Shown here in pieces: positions 17,700 to 26,293 of a DNA stretch of 64,000 nucleotides. A model generated the notes under the pieces. That model did not search any database. It worked only from the letters and a program-made list of their open reading frames with translations, and was not told the origin of the DNA. This DNA comes from Candidatus Yanofskybacteria bacterium RIFCSPHIGHO2_01_FULL_41_26 (lineage in GTDB: Bacteria; Patescibacteriota; Minisyncoccia; 2-02-FULL-40-12; GWA2-44-9). The DNA is taken from the NCBI GenBank assembly GCA_001794055.1, contig MGJB01000001.1, forward strand, positions 7,457 through 71,456. Direction: 5' to 3'. How positions within the stretch are numbered: position 1 is the stretch's first letter; each line of letters opens with the position of its first letter. The translations under genes were made by a program, and so were the position numbers.

Positions 17700-18650
17700 C
17701 ATGTCCCCCAAAGCCCTATTGGGCTTTTCTTTTTATCCCCAAAATCTCTGGAAACTCAACATCTTTTTTCAAGGCAACTTCTAATGGGCATTTCCCATTA
17801 AGATGTTTGAATGGCTCCTCACAATCAGTAAAAGATTTGGTTCTTCTCCTTATCATCCAAGCATTTAGCCATCTTTCAGCCGAGTGGAAACCCTGGAAGC
17901 CTTTAACGCTTTTTAATCTGGCTTGTAGGTGAGAATTGTAGCTCTCAATGATATTGGTCGTATTAGGGCATTGCTGTCTAAACTGAGCATTAAAAGCCCC
18001 CTTTAACTCGTAGAAGAAATCATGATATTTTTCCTCGGTTCTAATTCTGAGCATTTGTCTTAAAATCTCAAAGTAATGGTTATGGCATAATTGTATCGGA
18101 ACTGTCGGATAAATCTGTTTTAGAGCTGGTTTTAAAGCACCGGATGTCATCGGCTATCACAATCTGAAGAGGATAGCGGACAGTATGAAGCAAATTAAAG
18201 AATTTATTGAAAGCCCATTCATTTTCACTGGGAGCTAAAACACCGACTGGTATATCGTGGCTTAGATAATCAATGCCGTAGATAAAAGGTATTTTCTTAT
18301 CATAGCCCTTAACTTTTACATATTTCCCATCAACAACTAATCTACCTGACCACCGATTACAGTATTCTCTTGATAGCCAAGTATTTTCTGGCAACTTATT
18401 CATTTCGTCTTCTACTTGTCTAAAAACTCTGGCTGGAGATGTGCTATACTGGTCAGCCAGTTTTCTGAATGGAACTCCGTCAATATGCGGTATCCAAAAG
18501 ATTGGTTTTACTCTGTGGTCTATTGAAAAAGAATGCTTTTGTTTCTTACAGAAAAATCTTTTTAATCCTTTTCTACTTCCTTTCTTAATTGTTTTATTAC
18601 TGCCGCAGACTGGGCATTTTGGGTTCTTTTTTTAGTCATAATACCCAATT
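17700..18650 (-). mobile_element. IS6 (IS26)-family insertion sequence, approximate ends not defined
   Basis: Transposase with VDGKYVKVKG...YGIDYLS and NIIESYNSHL...GFQGFHSAERWL motifs (IS6-family DDE signatures) plus an N-terminal CPVCG...C zinc ribbon. Clear TIRs could not be identified by eye. Confidence 0.6.
17716..18640 (-). pseudogene. IS6-family transposase split over three frames: leader MTKK at an A7 run, zinc-ribbon+DDE N-part, DDE C-part
   Basis: First shift at atgactAAAAAAAg (a -1 slip gives KNPKCPVCG...). Second shift at ttAAAAcc, where one fewer A restores ...CFKPALKQIYP. Either programmed slippage or homopolymer indels. Confidence 0.55.
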
Positions 18651-18804
18651 TAACATGTTAATTGAGAATGTAATCCTTTACAGATAGCAAAATTGGGTGC
18701 TTGATAGCACCCAATTTGAAACGGTCTCGTTGTACAACGTATTAGGCTTGCCGACTGCCGTTGTGCCGCTCCTTAACAGTCAGCACGCGTTCCAGGGTGT
18801 AGCG

Positions 18805-19314
18805 ATGGTTCCCATCAACGACTTCCAATTGTTTGCCGTCGGGACCAACGCACACGAATCCCAGCGCGCTTACGAGAAAATGCTTTCGGAGCGTGACCAG
18901 AGAGTGGCCATTGAAGCCAAGAGGGATATTCAGCATATTGAAGGCGTCGTAGCTCGTGCCAGCAGCGAGACGCTCCAGGCAGGGACGACGTACTATCTCT
19001 ATCTGGAAAACGTTCCGCATCTGTTCACGGCCGGTCCCGGCCTTTCAAGCAAGCTCATCGTGACCAGGCCGGGAGACAAGGTCAAGATCGGGTTCTACGC
19101 ATCAGACAAGGACGTGGTCCCGATGTCGGAGTTTGATAATTTGTCCCTCCCGCTTTCCAAAAGCGTTTTGCAGGGAAAAGTCGAATCTTCTGCGACCGAA
19201 CATCGATCTCAAGAAGAAGCGACAGAGGATGCCAAAACCGTTCTGGAGCGAATGAAGAACTTGACTCCCAAGGAACTTCAGGAGCTTGGCAAGAAAGTTC
19301 CGCCGAAAAAGTAA
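18805..19314 (+). CDS. G+C-rich hypothetical protein (foreign-composition segment), start uncertain (frame open from 18697)
   Basis: Sharp rise in G+C from ~18760. ORF with G/C-rich third positions. Hairpin terminator ccggcatttgccgg at ~19330. Confidence 0.4.
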   Translation: MVPINDFQLFAVGTNAHESQRAYEKMLSERDQRVAIEAKRDIQHIEGVVARASSETLQAGTTYYLYLENVPHLFTAGPGLSSKLIVTRPGDKVKIGFYASDKDVVPMSEFDNLSLPLSKSVLQGKVESSATEHRSQEEATEDAKTVLERMKNLTPKELQELGKKVPPKK

Positions 19315-19396
19315 TTCAAACTAAGCCCGGCATTTGCCGGCAACCCCGCATCTCGCTGGGCCTTTTATTTATTTAAAGTTTAAAAAATTGGAGAGC

Positions 19397-19492
19397 GAGG
19401 CCTTGTCTCAAAGAAGAACGTTCGGAGGCCGACGGGCCGAGATAGAACAAAAACTCAGCAGAGTTTTATGTGGTCTGATTTGGGATAAGGCC
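19397..19492 (+). repeat. Repeat family A copy 3 (variant core aaaactcagcagagtttt), outer stem ggccttgtctca / tgggataaggcc
   Basis: Same orientation as the copy at 15263. Together they bracket the 15.3-19.5 kb island. Confidence 0.7.
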
Positions 19493-19539
19493 GAGTGACA
19501 GGTTGTGTGAACCATTAAAATTAGTTATTATAAAAATAT

Positions 19540-20259
19540 ATGACCAATGAAAAAGGCAAAATGAATTTACCGGCTTCTAAGCTTCCACAAGTTGGGGAGC
19601 CAGAAAAAGGAGATTTCAGGGCTTCTCTTCATTGGAGGGTCTTGAGGATCATGTCGGAACTCATTGAGGGCTGGCAGTTTTTGGCTGATTTTAAAAAAAC
19701 AGTTACTTTTTTCGGTTCGGCTCGTTTTAAGGAAGGCAACAAATGGTATGAGGAAGCAAGAAAATTGGGAACCATGTTTGTAAAAGAGGGTTTTTCAGTT
19801 GTTACCGGTGGCGGTCCCGGGATTATGGAAGCAGGAAACAGGGGAGCAATTGAGGGCAACGGAGAATCTGTCGGGATCAATATTCAGTTGGCGACGGAAC
19901 AAAGAATCAATCCCTATGTAAGGAAAAGCACCGGCTTTCATTATTTTTTCGTTCGAAAATTAATGCTTTCCTATGCTGCCAGGGCCTATGTTTTTTTCCC
20001 GGGAGGACTTGGCACGCTTGATGAAGTTTTTGAAATTTTGACGTTGATTCAGACCAAAAAGATTTCAGATAAAATACCGGTTGTATTGGTTGGCAAAGAA
20101 TTTTGGAGCCCGATACACTCATGGCTTCATGAAGAAATTTTTGGTAAGATGCATGCCGTTGACAAAGAGGATTTGAATTTATATACAATTGTTGACACCG
20201 CTGAAGAGGCTTTTGAAATAGTGAAAAACGCCCCTCCGCGGGAAGAGTTCTACTATTGA
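19540..20259 (+). CDS. LOG-family (TIGR00730 / Rossmann-fold nucleotide-binding, lysine-decarboxylase-like) protein
   Basis: GGGPGIMEAGNRGA and PGGLGTLDE motifs typical of LOG/YvdD family. Confidence 0.8.
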   Translation: MTNEKGKMNLPASKLPQVGEPEKGDFRASLHWRVLRIMSELIEGWQFLADFKKTVTFFGSARFKEGNKWYEEARKLGTMFVKEGFSVVTGGGPGIMEAGNRGAIEGNGESVGINIQLATEQRINPYVRKSTGFHYFFVRKLMLSYAARAYVFFPGGLGTLDEVFEILTLIQTKKISDKIPVVLVGKEFWSPIHSWLHEEIFGKMHAVDKEDLNLYTIVDTAEEAFEIVKNAPPREEFYY

Positions 20260-20365
20260 TTTTGGATAAGTTTATGTTATAATTGAGAGCGAGGAGTAAA
20301 GCGTAAGCTTGCTTATGCTTTATCCGAGTGAACAAATTATACAAAGTATAATCTCTTAAACTAAA

Positions 20366-20475
20366 ACGCCGCTCGTTTGGCCAAATTCAAGGCAAAAGCG
20401 AGGATCGAACTGAGTCATAGATAGCTATGACGAAGGAGGACCGGAGCTTTTAACGAAGAAGTTGGTCAGAGCATT
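20366..20475 (+). ncRNA. Conserved structured 5' leader (copy 1) upstream of lon
   Basis: Aligns to 61726-61816. Shared ttggccaaattc...gaagttggtca closing helix. Internal hairpin covaries (gtcatag-atag-ctatgac vs aacatag-taaa-ctatgtt). Confidence 0.5.
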
Positions 20476-20524
20476 GCGTCCGGCCGTAAGTAATAGGCCG
20501 AGCAATGCGAACGAGCAAGTTTTT

Positions 20525-22855
20525 ATGGCTGATTTTAAAGCTAACAATATAATAATACCGGAACAACTTCCGCTTATAGCTCTCAAGAATACCGTCTTGT
20601 TTCCAAAAGTGGTTATTCCGCTTATAGTCCAAAGACCCAAATCAGTTGTCGCCCTTGAAGATGCTTTGGCTCATGAACGTCTTGTGTTTTTTGTTACTCA
20701 AAAAAACATCGAAGATAATATTGGCCGAAAAGACATCTTTACGGTGGGCACTATCGGCAGAATAGTTTCTGTTTTTAAACTGCCTGACGGATCTTCTAAG
20801 GTTGACGTGGAAGGGTTAGTCAGGGCGCGAATAACTGATTTTTTGAGCGAAGAACCATTCTTTAAAGTTAAGACCGAACCGTTTAATTTGATCACGAGAA
20901 ACAACCTTGAGGAAAAGGCGTTTTTGAGGCGGGCAATAGAGCAATTTAGAACCATTTCGGAAGCGCGCACCTTTCCGACTATATTGCCGGAAATTATTTA
21001 TATGATGCTTCAACTTAAAGACACCGAGCAGATATTAAGTCTGATGACGATTAATTTAAATCTAGGGATAGAAGATCAGCAAAGCATACTTGAATTAGAA
21101 AGTGCGATAGATTCTTTGAGGGAGATGAATGTTTTTCTTGTCCGCGAGATGGAGATAATGGAGGCGGAGAAGACTGTTACCAAAGAAACCAAAAAACAAA
21201 TCGGCAAAATGCAAAAAGAGCTTTTTTTGAGAGAGCAATTGAAAAGCATTGAAAAGGAGTTGGGCGTGGAAGATGAAAAAGATGAAGTGGATACGTTGAA
21301 ATCTAAGATCATTTCGGCAGGAATGCCAAAGAGCATTGAAGAAAAAGCCGTTAAGGAATTAAATCGTCTCGGCAAAATGCCGCCTTTCAATCCGGAGGTT
21401 TCATATTTGAGAACTTATCTTGATTTGCTTACTGAGTTGCCCTGGTCAAAAAAGACCAAAGAAAAAATAGATCTGAAAGAAGCGGAAAAAATACTAAATG
21501 AAGACCACTACGGACTCAATAAAGTTAAAGAAAGAATTCTGGAATACCTTGCTGTGCAAAAACAAGTCGGCAAATTGAAAGGGCCGATACTGTGTCTTGT
21601 CGGACCTCCCGGTACCGGGAAAACATCTATCGGCCAGTCTATCGCCAGGGCTTTAGGTCGTAAATTTATCCGGGTTTCTCTCGGCGGGTTGAGGGACGAA
21701 GCGGAAATTAGGGGCCATCGCCGAACCTACGTCGGGGCTATGCCGGGAAGAATTATTCAGGGAATTCATAATTCTAAAGTTAGAAATCCGGTGTTTATGC
21801 TGGATGAAATAGACAAGATTGGCATGGATTTCCGTGGCGATCCGTCCTCGGCTCTTCTGGAAGCATTGGATCCCCAGCAGAATCATTCTTTCTCCGATCA
21901 TTATTTAGAAGTGCCTTACGATCTTTCCGATGTCATGTTTATCACGACTGCTAATGTTTTGGATACGATTCCACCGGCCTTGAGAGATCGTCTTGAAATT
22001 ATAGAATTTCCAGGATATTCGGAGGATGAAAAATTCCATATTGCCAAAAATTTTCTTTTACCGAAGTTGTTTAAAGACCATGGTTTAAAGAAAAAAGTTT
22101 TGGTTTTTACTGATTCAGCGCTTGAGGATATTATAAGAAACCATACCCGTGAGGCCGGAGTCAGAGAGTTAGAGAGGCAATTGGCTTCGGTTATCAGGAA
22201 AATAACTCGAAAATTAGTTGAGTCTCATTCAAGCAAACAGATTGTTATAAACAAAAAAGACATCCATAAATATCTGGGTCCGGTTAAATATACCCATCAA
22301 CTGGCGGAAACCAAAGACGAAATCGGAGTTGTGACTGGTCTTGGTTGGACTCCGGTTGGCGGCGAAGTGTTTTTTATTGAGGTTTCCAAAATGCCCGGCC
22401 GGGGAAAACTTATTTTAACCGGCCAGTTGGGTTCAGTAATGAAAGAGTCTGCTCAGGCCGGTTTAAGCTATGCCAGAACGTTTGCCGCAAAGAAAGGCAT
22501 TAAAGAGGATTTCACTAAAGACGATATTCATATTCATGTTCCTTCGGGAGCGATAAAAAAAGACGGTCCTTCCGCCGGAACGGCTATGACCACGGCGTTG
22601 GTGTCATTATTTTTGGGAAAACCGGTTAGAAAAGAAGTTGCCATGACGGGCGAAGTTACTTTGCGCGGGAAAGTTCTTGAAATAGGCGGACTTAAAGAAA
22701 AGGTTCTTGCCGCTCATCGTGCTGGAATAAAAATCATTGTCGCTCCCAATGATAACAAGAAAGACCTAGAGGATGTTCCTAAAGAAGTCAAAAAAGACCT
22801 CAAATTTGTATTTGTCAAAACCATGGATGAGGTCTTGCAAGTTGCCTTGAAGTAG
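20525..22855 (+). CDS. lon: ATP-dependent Lon protease
   Basis: N-terminal LON domain, AAA+ Walker A GPPGTGKTS, and C-terminal protease with catalytic PKDGPSAG. Start set at MADFKANN (ATG 20525). Confidence 0.95.
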   Translation: MADFKANNIIIPEQLPLIALKNTVLFPKVVIPLIVQRPKSVVALEDALAHERLVFFVTQKNIEDNIGRKDIFTVGTIGRIVSVFKLPDGSSKVDVEGLVRARITDFLSEEPFFKVKTEPFNLITRNNLEEKAFLRRAIEQFRTISEARTFPTILPEIIYMMLQLKDTEQILSLMTINLNLGIEDQQSILELESAIDSLREMNVFLVREMEIMEAEKTVTKETKKQIGKMQKELFLREQLKSIEKELGVEDEKDEVDTLKSKIISAGMPKSIEEKAVKELNRLGKMPPFNPEVSYLRTYLDLLTELPWSKKTKEKIDLKEAEKILNEDHYGLNKVKERILEYLAVQKQVGKLKGPILCLVGPPGTGKTSIGQSIARALGRKFIRVSLGGLRDEAEIRGHRRTYVGAMPGRIIQGIHNSKVRNPVFMLDEIDKIGMDFRGDPSSALLEALDPQQNHSFSDHYLEVPYDLSDVMFITTANVLDTIPPALRDRLEIIEFPGYSEDEKFHIAKNFLLPKLFKDHGLKKKVLVFTDSALEDIIRNHTREAGVRELERQLASVIRKITRKLVESHSSKQIVINKKDIHKYLGPVKYTHQLAETKDEIGVVTGLGWTPVGGEVFFIEVSKMPGRGKLILTGQLGSVMKESAQAGLSYARTFAAKKGIKEDFTKDDIHIHVPSGAIKKDGPSAGTAMTTALVSLFLGKPVRKEVAMTGEVTLRGKVLEIGGLKEKVLAAHRAGIKIIVAPNDNKKDLEDVPKEVKKDLKFVFVKTMDEVLQVALK

Positions 22856-23102
22856 TGTATAGTCAATCTCGTGTTCTTTTTGAAAGTGAAGGTAGTCAAA
22901 AATGTGTGTTCATGCGTGTCCTTTTCACAATCAAAAAGGCGGGCACATGAGGCTTTGTTGTACCCCGTGTTCTTGTGGACAAAATATAGAGTTTTTTGTA
23001 CTTGAGTTGCACTTGTCTGATTGCCATCGTGCCGGACTTAATGTTCCAAAGATGCCGATAAATGCGCCTCCTCCCAATCGTGTTTCTGTGCCGTTAGATG
23101 AG

Positions 23103-23135
23103 ATCCCGGTCGCCGCCTAAAATAGGCGGTCTTTT
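23103..23135 (+). terminator. Rho-independent terminator
   Basis: cgccgcctaaaataggcggtcTTTTTATTT downstream of lon and the questionable small ORF 22902-23120. Confidence 0.5.
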
Positions 23136-23188
23136 TATTTGTAAGTGGAGTGCTTGCTTGTTAATTTATATTCGACTATTATTATTTT

Positions 23189-23719
23189 ATGACTCAATTT
23201 TTAGCATATTTGGACTGGACGATGATAACAAGGTTATTGGTTGCAGCTTTGCTTGGCGGAGTTGTGGGATTTGAAAGGGAGCGCTCCGGAAAAGTGGCTG
23301 GCTTGAGGACCCATGTTCTTGTGGCTATGGGCGCTGCTTTGCTGACCGTGATAACTGAACGGCTATTTTTTCTTTTTCCTTCTGTGAATGGGCAAATGGG
23401 CTTGGATTATCACATCATTGCTAATATCGTTGTTGGTATCGGTTTTATCGGTGCTGGAACGATTCTGCGTCGAGACGATAATAAGATCGAGGGTACAACT
23501 ACCGCAGCCAGTTTGTGGGTCGTCGCTGCTATCGGTATTGCCAGCGGGTTCGGATTTTACCAGGAAGCGGTGGCTACTACTGTTATTGCTTATGTCGTAT
23601 TGGCTGGTCTTTGGCTAATAGAAAAATATCTGACCCGGGAACTTCGTTACAAAGGGAGGGGGATATATAGAGAACTCAAACAAAGTGAAAATCCTGGACC
23701 TGAATATACTGAAAAATAG
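23189..23719 (+). CDS. MgtC/SapB-family membrane protein
   Basis: LLGGVVGFERE...VAGLRTHVLVAMGAAL signature of the MgtC family. TTGCTT-17-TATTAT promoter abuts the ATG. Confidence 0.75.
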   Translation: MTQFLAYLDWTMITRLLVAALLGGVVGFERERSGKVAGLRTHVLVAMGAALLTVITERLFFLFPSVNGQMGLDYHIIANIVVGIGFIGAGTILRRDDNKIEGTTTAASLWVVAAIGIASGFGFYQEAVATTVIAYVVLAGLWLIEKYLTRELRYKGRGIYRELKQSENPGPEYTEK

Positions 23720-24842
23720 GAATTTCCTCTACTCTGTTGCTGTTCTGGTGGGAACAATGGTAGGAGTGGGGGTTTTTGGAATTCCTTTTGTTTTTTCCAA
23801 AGCTGGTTTTTGGGTTGGTTTTTTATTTTTAGTATTTATCGGTTTTATTATGCTTCTTTTGGATCTAATGTATGGCGAAGTGGTTTTGAGAACTAACGAA
23901 GAGCATCAAATAACCGGTTATACTGATAAATATCTCGGACCTTGGTTTAAAAGGGTGATATTTTTTTCTGTGGCCTTGAGTTTATATTCTGCCTTGCTTG
24001 CGTATGTAGTTATTGCCGGAGATTTTCTCAACAATATTTTTTCTTCTGTTTTTTATGCTTCACCGGCTTCATACAGCTTGGTGTTTTTTGTCGTTCTTTC
24101 GGTGCTGGTTTTGTTGGGAATCAAAAGGATATCCTGGGTCGAGTTGCTTTTAGTGGTTTTGTTTACAGGGGTGGTTATACTGATTTTCAGTCTTGGCTTT
24201 AATAAGATAAACTTATCCAATTTTACCGAAATTCAGCCGGAATTCTGGTTCTTGCCTTACGGGGTTTTATTGTTCGCTTTTGCCGGATTTTCGGCAATTC
24301 CCATACAAAGGAATATTTTAAAAAACCGAGAAACTGAATTAAAAAGCTCTATCTTTTTAGCCGTTCTTTTAACCGGGGCGCTTTATTTGCTTTTTGCTTT
24401 TACGGTTCTTGGCATATCCGGAAGTGTGACCACGCCCGATGCCATATCGGGGTTGTATGAATTTTTGGGAGGCAAAATTATATTTCTTGGTTCGCTCTTT
24501 GGTATTTTGGCCGTTAGTACTTCTTTTCTGATGCTGGGTTCGGCTTTTTTGGACATGTTTCATTTAGATTATAATATTTCAAGGAGATGGGCCTGGATTT
24601 TAGTTGTTGCTCCGCCCCTCGTTCTATTTTTAGGCGGTCTGCGAACTTTTATTGAAATTATAAGTTTGGCCGGTTCGGTTGCCATCGGGCTTGAAGGAAT
24701 TGTTTTAACATTTGTTTATGTCAGATCAAAATCAAAAGGGGACCGGGTTCCTGAATATAGCCTGGAACTCCCCAAATTTATTTATTACCTCCTTATTTTT
24801 ATGTTCGGAGCAGGGGTTGTGTATGCATTGTTTATTAAATAA
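23685..24842 (+). CDS. Amino-acid permease-like transporter (APC/aromatic amino acid permease superfamily)
   Basis: ~11 TM helices. N-terminal GxxVGxGVFGIP motif. Confidence 0.55.
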   Translation: MKILDLNILKNRNFLYSVAVLVGTMVGVGVFGIPFVFSKAGFWVGFLFLVFIGFIMLLLDLMYGEVVLRTNEEHQITGYTDKYLGPWFKRVIFFSVALSLYSALLAYVVIAGDFLNNIFSSVFYASPASYSLVFFVVLSVLVLLGIKRISWVELLLVVLFTGVVILIFSLGFNKINLSNFTEIQPEFWFLPYGVLLFAFAGFSAIPIQRNILKNRETELKSSIFLAVLLTGALYLLFAFTVLGISGSVTTPDAISGLYEFLGGKIIFLGSLFGILAVSTSFLMLGSAFLDMFHLDYNISRRWAWILVVAPPLVLFLGGLRTFIEIISLAGSVAIGLEGIVLTFVYVRSKSKGDRVPEYSLELPKFIYYLLIFMFGAGVVYALFIK

Positions 24843-25112
24843 TCACTCGGCCTTATTGCATTTTTCAGCCCGTTACGATTGCTCCAGCGGCAATCTCCAC
24901 TTGTCCTCACGACGGCGGGTTCTTTAGTCGTCTTATGCTTTGTGTATAATGGTAAATTGCTACGACGGAAAGCCTGAACCTTGAATGACTTATCTTTACC
25001 TACTCCCTCAGAACACCAAGCCCGCCTGTTGCGGGTCTGAAAAATACAACAAGGCCTTGCTCTTTTTTAATCTTGTAGGTTTCCTTGTTCGTCATAAGTG
25101 AGAAAATTAGGC

Positions 25113-25166
25113 AAGGCCTTTTGTTTAACATTTCAACGACTCATGTGTGTGAGCCGTTGATTATCC
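25113..25166 (+). repeat. Repeat family G copy 1 (ggccttttgt..atttcaacgaYtcaYRYRtgtgagccgttgatt)
   Basis: Second copy at 51009-51062. Contains hairpin caacg..tca / tgagccgttg. Confidence 0.55.
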
Positions 25167-25181
25167 TTATTCCAAATAAAA

Positions 25182-25215
25182 GAGCCCCGCCTGACAAAGC
25201 GCGGGGCTTTCTGTT
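25182..25215. terminator. Bidirectional rho-independent terminator
   Basis: agccccgcctgacaaagcgcggggct flanked by T-runs on both strands. Terminates the minus-strand gene 25371-25982. Confidence 0.6.
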
Positions 25216-25370
25216 GTGTGGGGTACGACTCTATCAGAACTTCTTGACGGGTTGCTGTTTGGGACGGCAACCCGTCAAGGTGCGGGGATTATGCCGGCGA
25301 AGCTTCGCAAGTATCCACCGAAACCAGGACTTCTTTGTCTTCTTCGTGTTCATGTCTTCTCCTTGCACAT

Positions 25371-25982
25371 TCAGTGCAGTTCAAAACCTGTTGAAGAACT
25401 CTTGTCGACTAGTTTAACCGATGTCGGCTCCAGAAAATACTTACGTGCGGCAAATGCGGCAATCAAGAAGCTTAAAACTGTGGCTCCTGCGGGATAGAAC
25501 CGCTCCTTGATTGCCCAGCTTTTCCCGCCCGCCGTTGAAAGACAGTTGGCAATGGAGTAGCTGATATAAGCAAGGAAGGGCATGTCTTGGGGTTTCTTCC
25601 ACGCATCGACAAGTTGTGGGATTCCGGCGATGCACATCGCCATTGTGCTTGCAACGGCGGCGGCCTTTCCGCCGGAGAAATACCAGATCATCATGCTTGC
25701 AATCGTCAGCAAGACGACCATTGTTTCAAACCATGTCCATACCGCCCTATTGCCGGTCTTCAAAATGAAGTACACGGTCAACATGCTTCCGATGGTATAT
25801 ACCATCGGTAAAAGAAAATTACCCTTCTGAACAATGATTGTGGCGGCAATAACTGCGTCGAGCGTACCCCACAATGCCCACGTGAGGAGGTTCTGTTTCG
25901 CCTTGCCACTCCTTATCTGCTTCCACAATGGGAAGTAAGTCAGAAGAGCAAGAATACTGCCTGCCCAAACCAGTGCGTTCAT
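25371..25982 (-). CDS. Hypothetical polytopic membrane protein (moderately G+C-enriched)
   Basis: 203 aa with ~6 TM helices. A 13-bp perfect hairpin lies at 25237-25273 downstream. Confidence 0.5.
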   Translation of the reverse strand: MNALVWAGSILALLTYFPLWKQIRSGKAKQNLLTWALWGTLDAVIAATIIVQKGNFLLPMVYTIGSMLTVYFILKTGNRAVWTWFETMVVLLTIASMMIWYFSGGKAAAVASTMAMCIAGIPQLVDAWKKPQDMPFLAYISYSIANCLSTAGGKSWAIKERFYPAGATVLSFLIAAFAARKYFLEPTSVKLVDKSSSTGFELH

Positions 25983-26094
25983 CTCTCACCCCCGAAATTT
26001 TCAAAGATTATAAATTATACCACACATTTAATGTATTTGCAATGATTGGTCATGGTTTAAAAACAAAGCGAAGCCCCATGCTAAATTTGTCACA

Positions 26095-26207
26095 TTGACG
26101 AATCGAGGAGGGAGCTGGGGTTGATTGAATATGTATTCCAAAATAATAGGTCGAGCGCCGAGCATCTCGCGAGGAGGCAAGCGTGGGTTACCTGTTATTT
26201 TGGTAAA
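26095..26207 (+). repeat. Repeat family E copy 1 (ttgacgaRtcgagg..ttccaaaataataggtcgagcgccgagc..gcgaggaggcaagYgWgggttaYcTgttat)
   Basis: Copy 2 at 30012-30177 carries two extra hairpin insertions. Both copies lie upstream of + strand envelope/secreted protein genes. Confidence 0.55.
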
Positions 26208-26293
26208 TACATACCAATCATACTGAAGCGTATGACGAAATGAGGAACCGTGACCAAATTTGGCATGGGGTGAGCTAATGATATAATCATCTC

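Noticed and set aside
17640-18720. Terminal inverted repeats and target-site duplication of the IS6-family element
   Set aside because: Hairpins exist at both ends (aagccctattgggctt; caaaattgggtgcttgatagcacccaatttg), but I could not find convincing matching TIRs by eye. Element boundaries are therefore given only approximately.
20461-20524. Upstream start (20462) for lon giving an N-terminal extension MVRALRPAVS...
   Set aside because: The extension overlaps the conserved leader hairpin, and the conserved gcaagtt..ATG junction shared with the 61888 gene points to ATG 20525 (MADFKANN) as the start.
22902-23120. 72-aa Cys-rich ORF downstream of lon
   Set aside because: An RBS-like gaaggtag and a downstream terminator exist, but the sequence is low-complexity (proline run) and the terminator may simply serve lon. 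Kept only as a remark.
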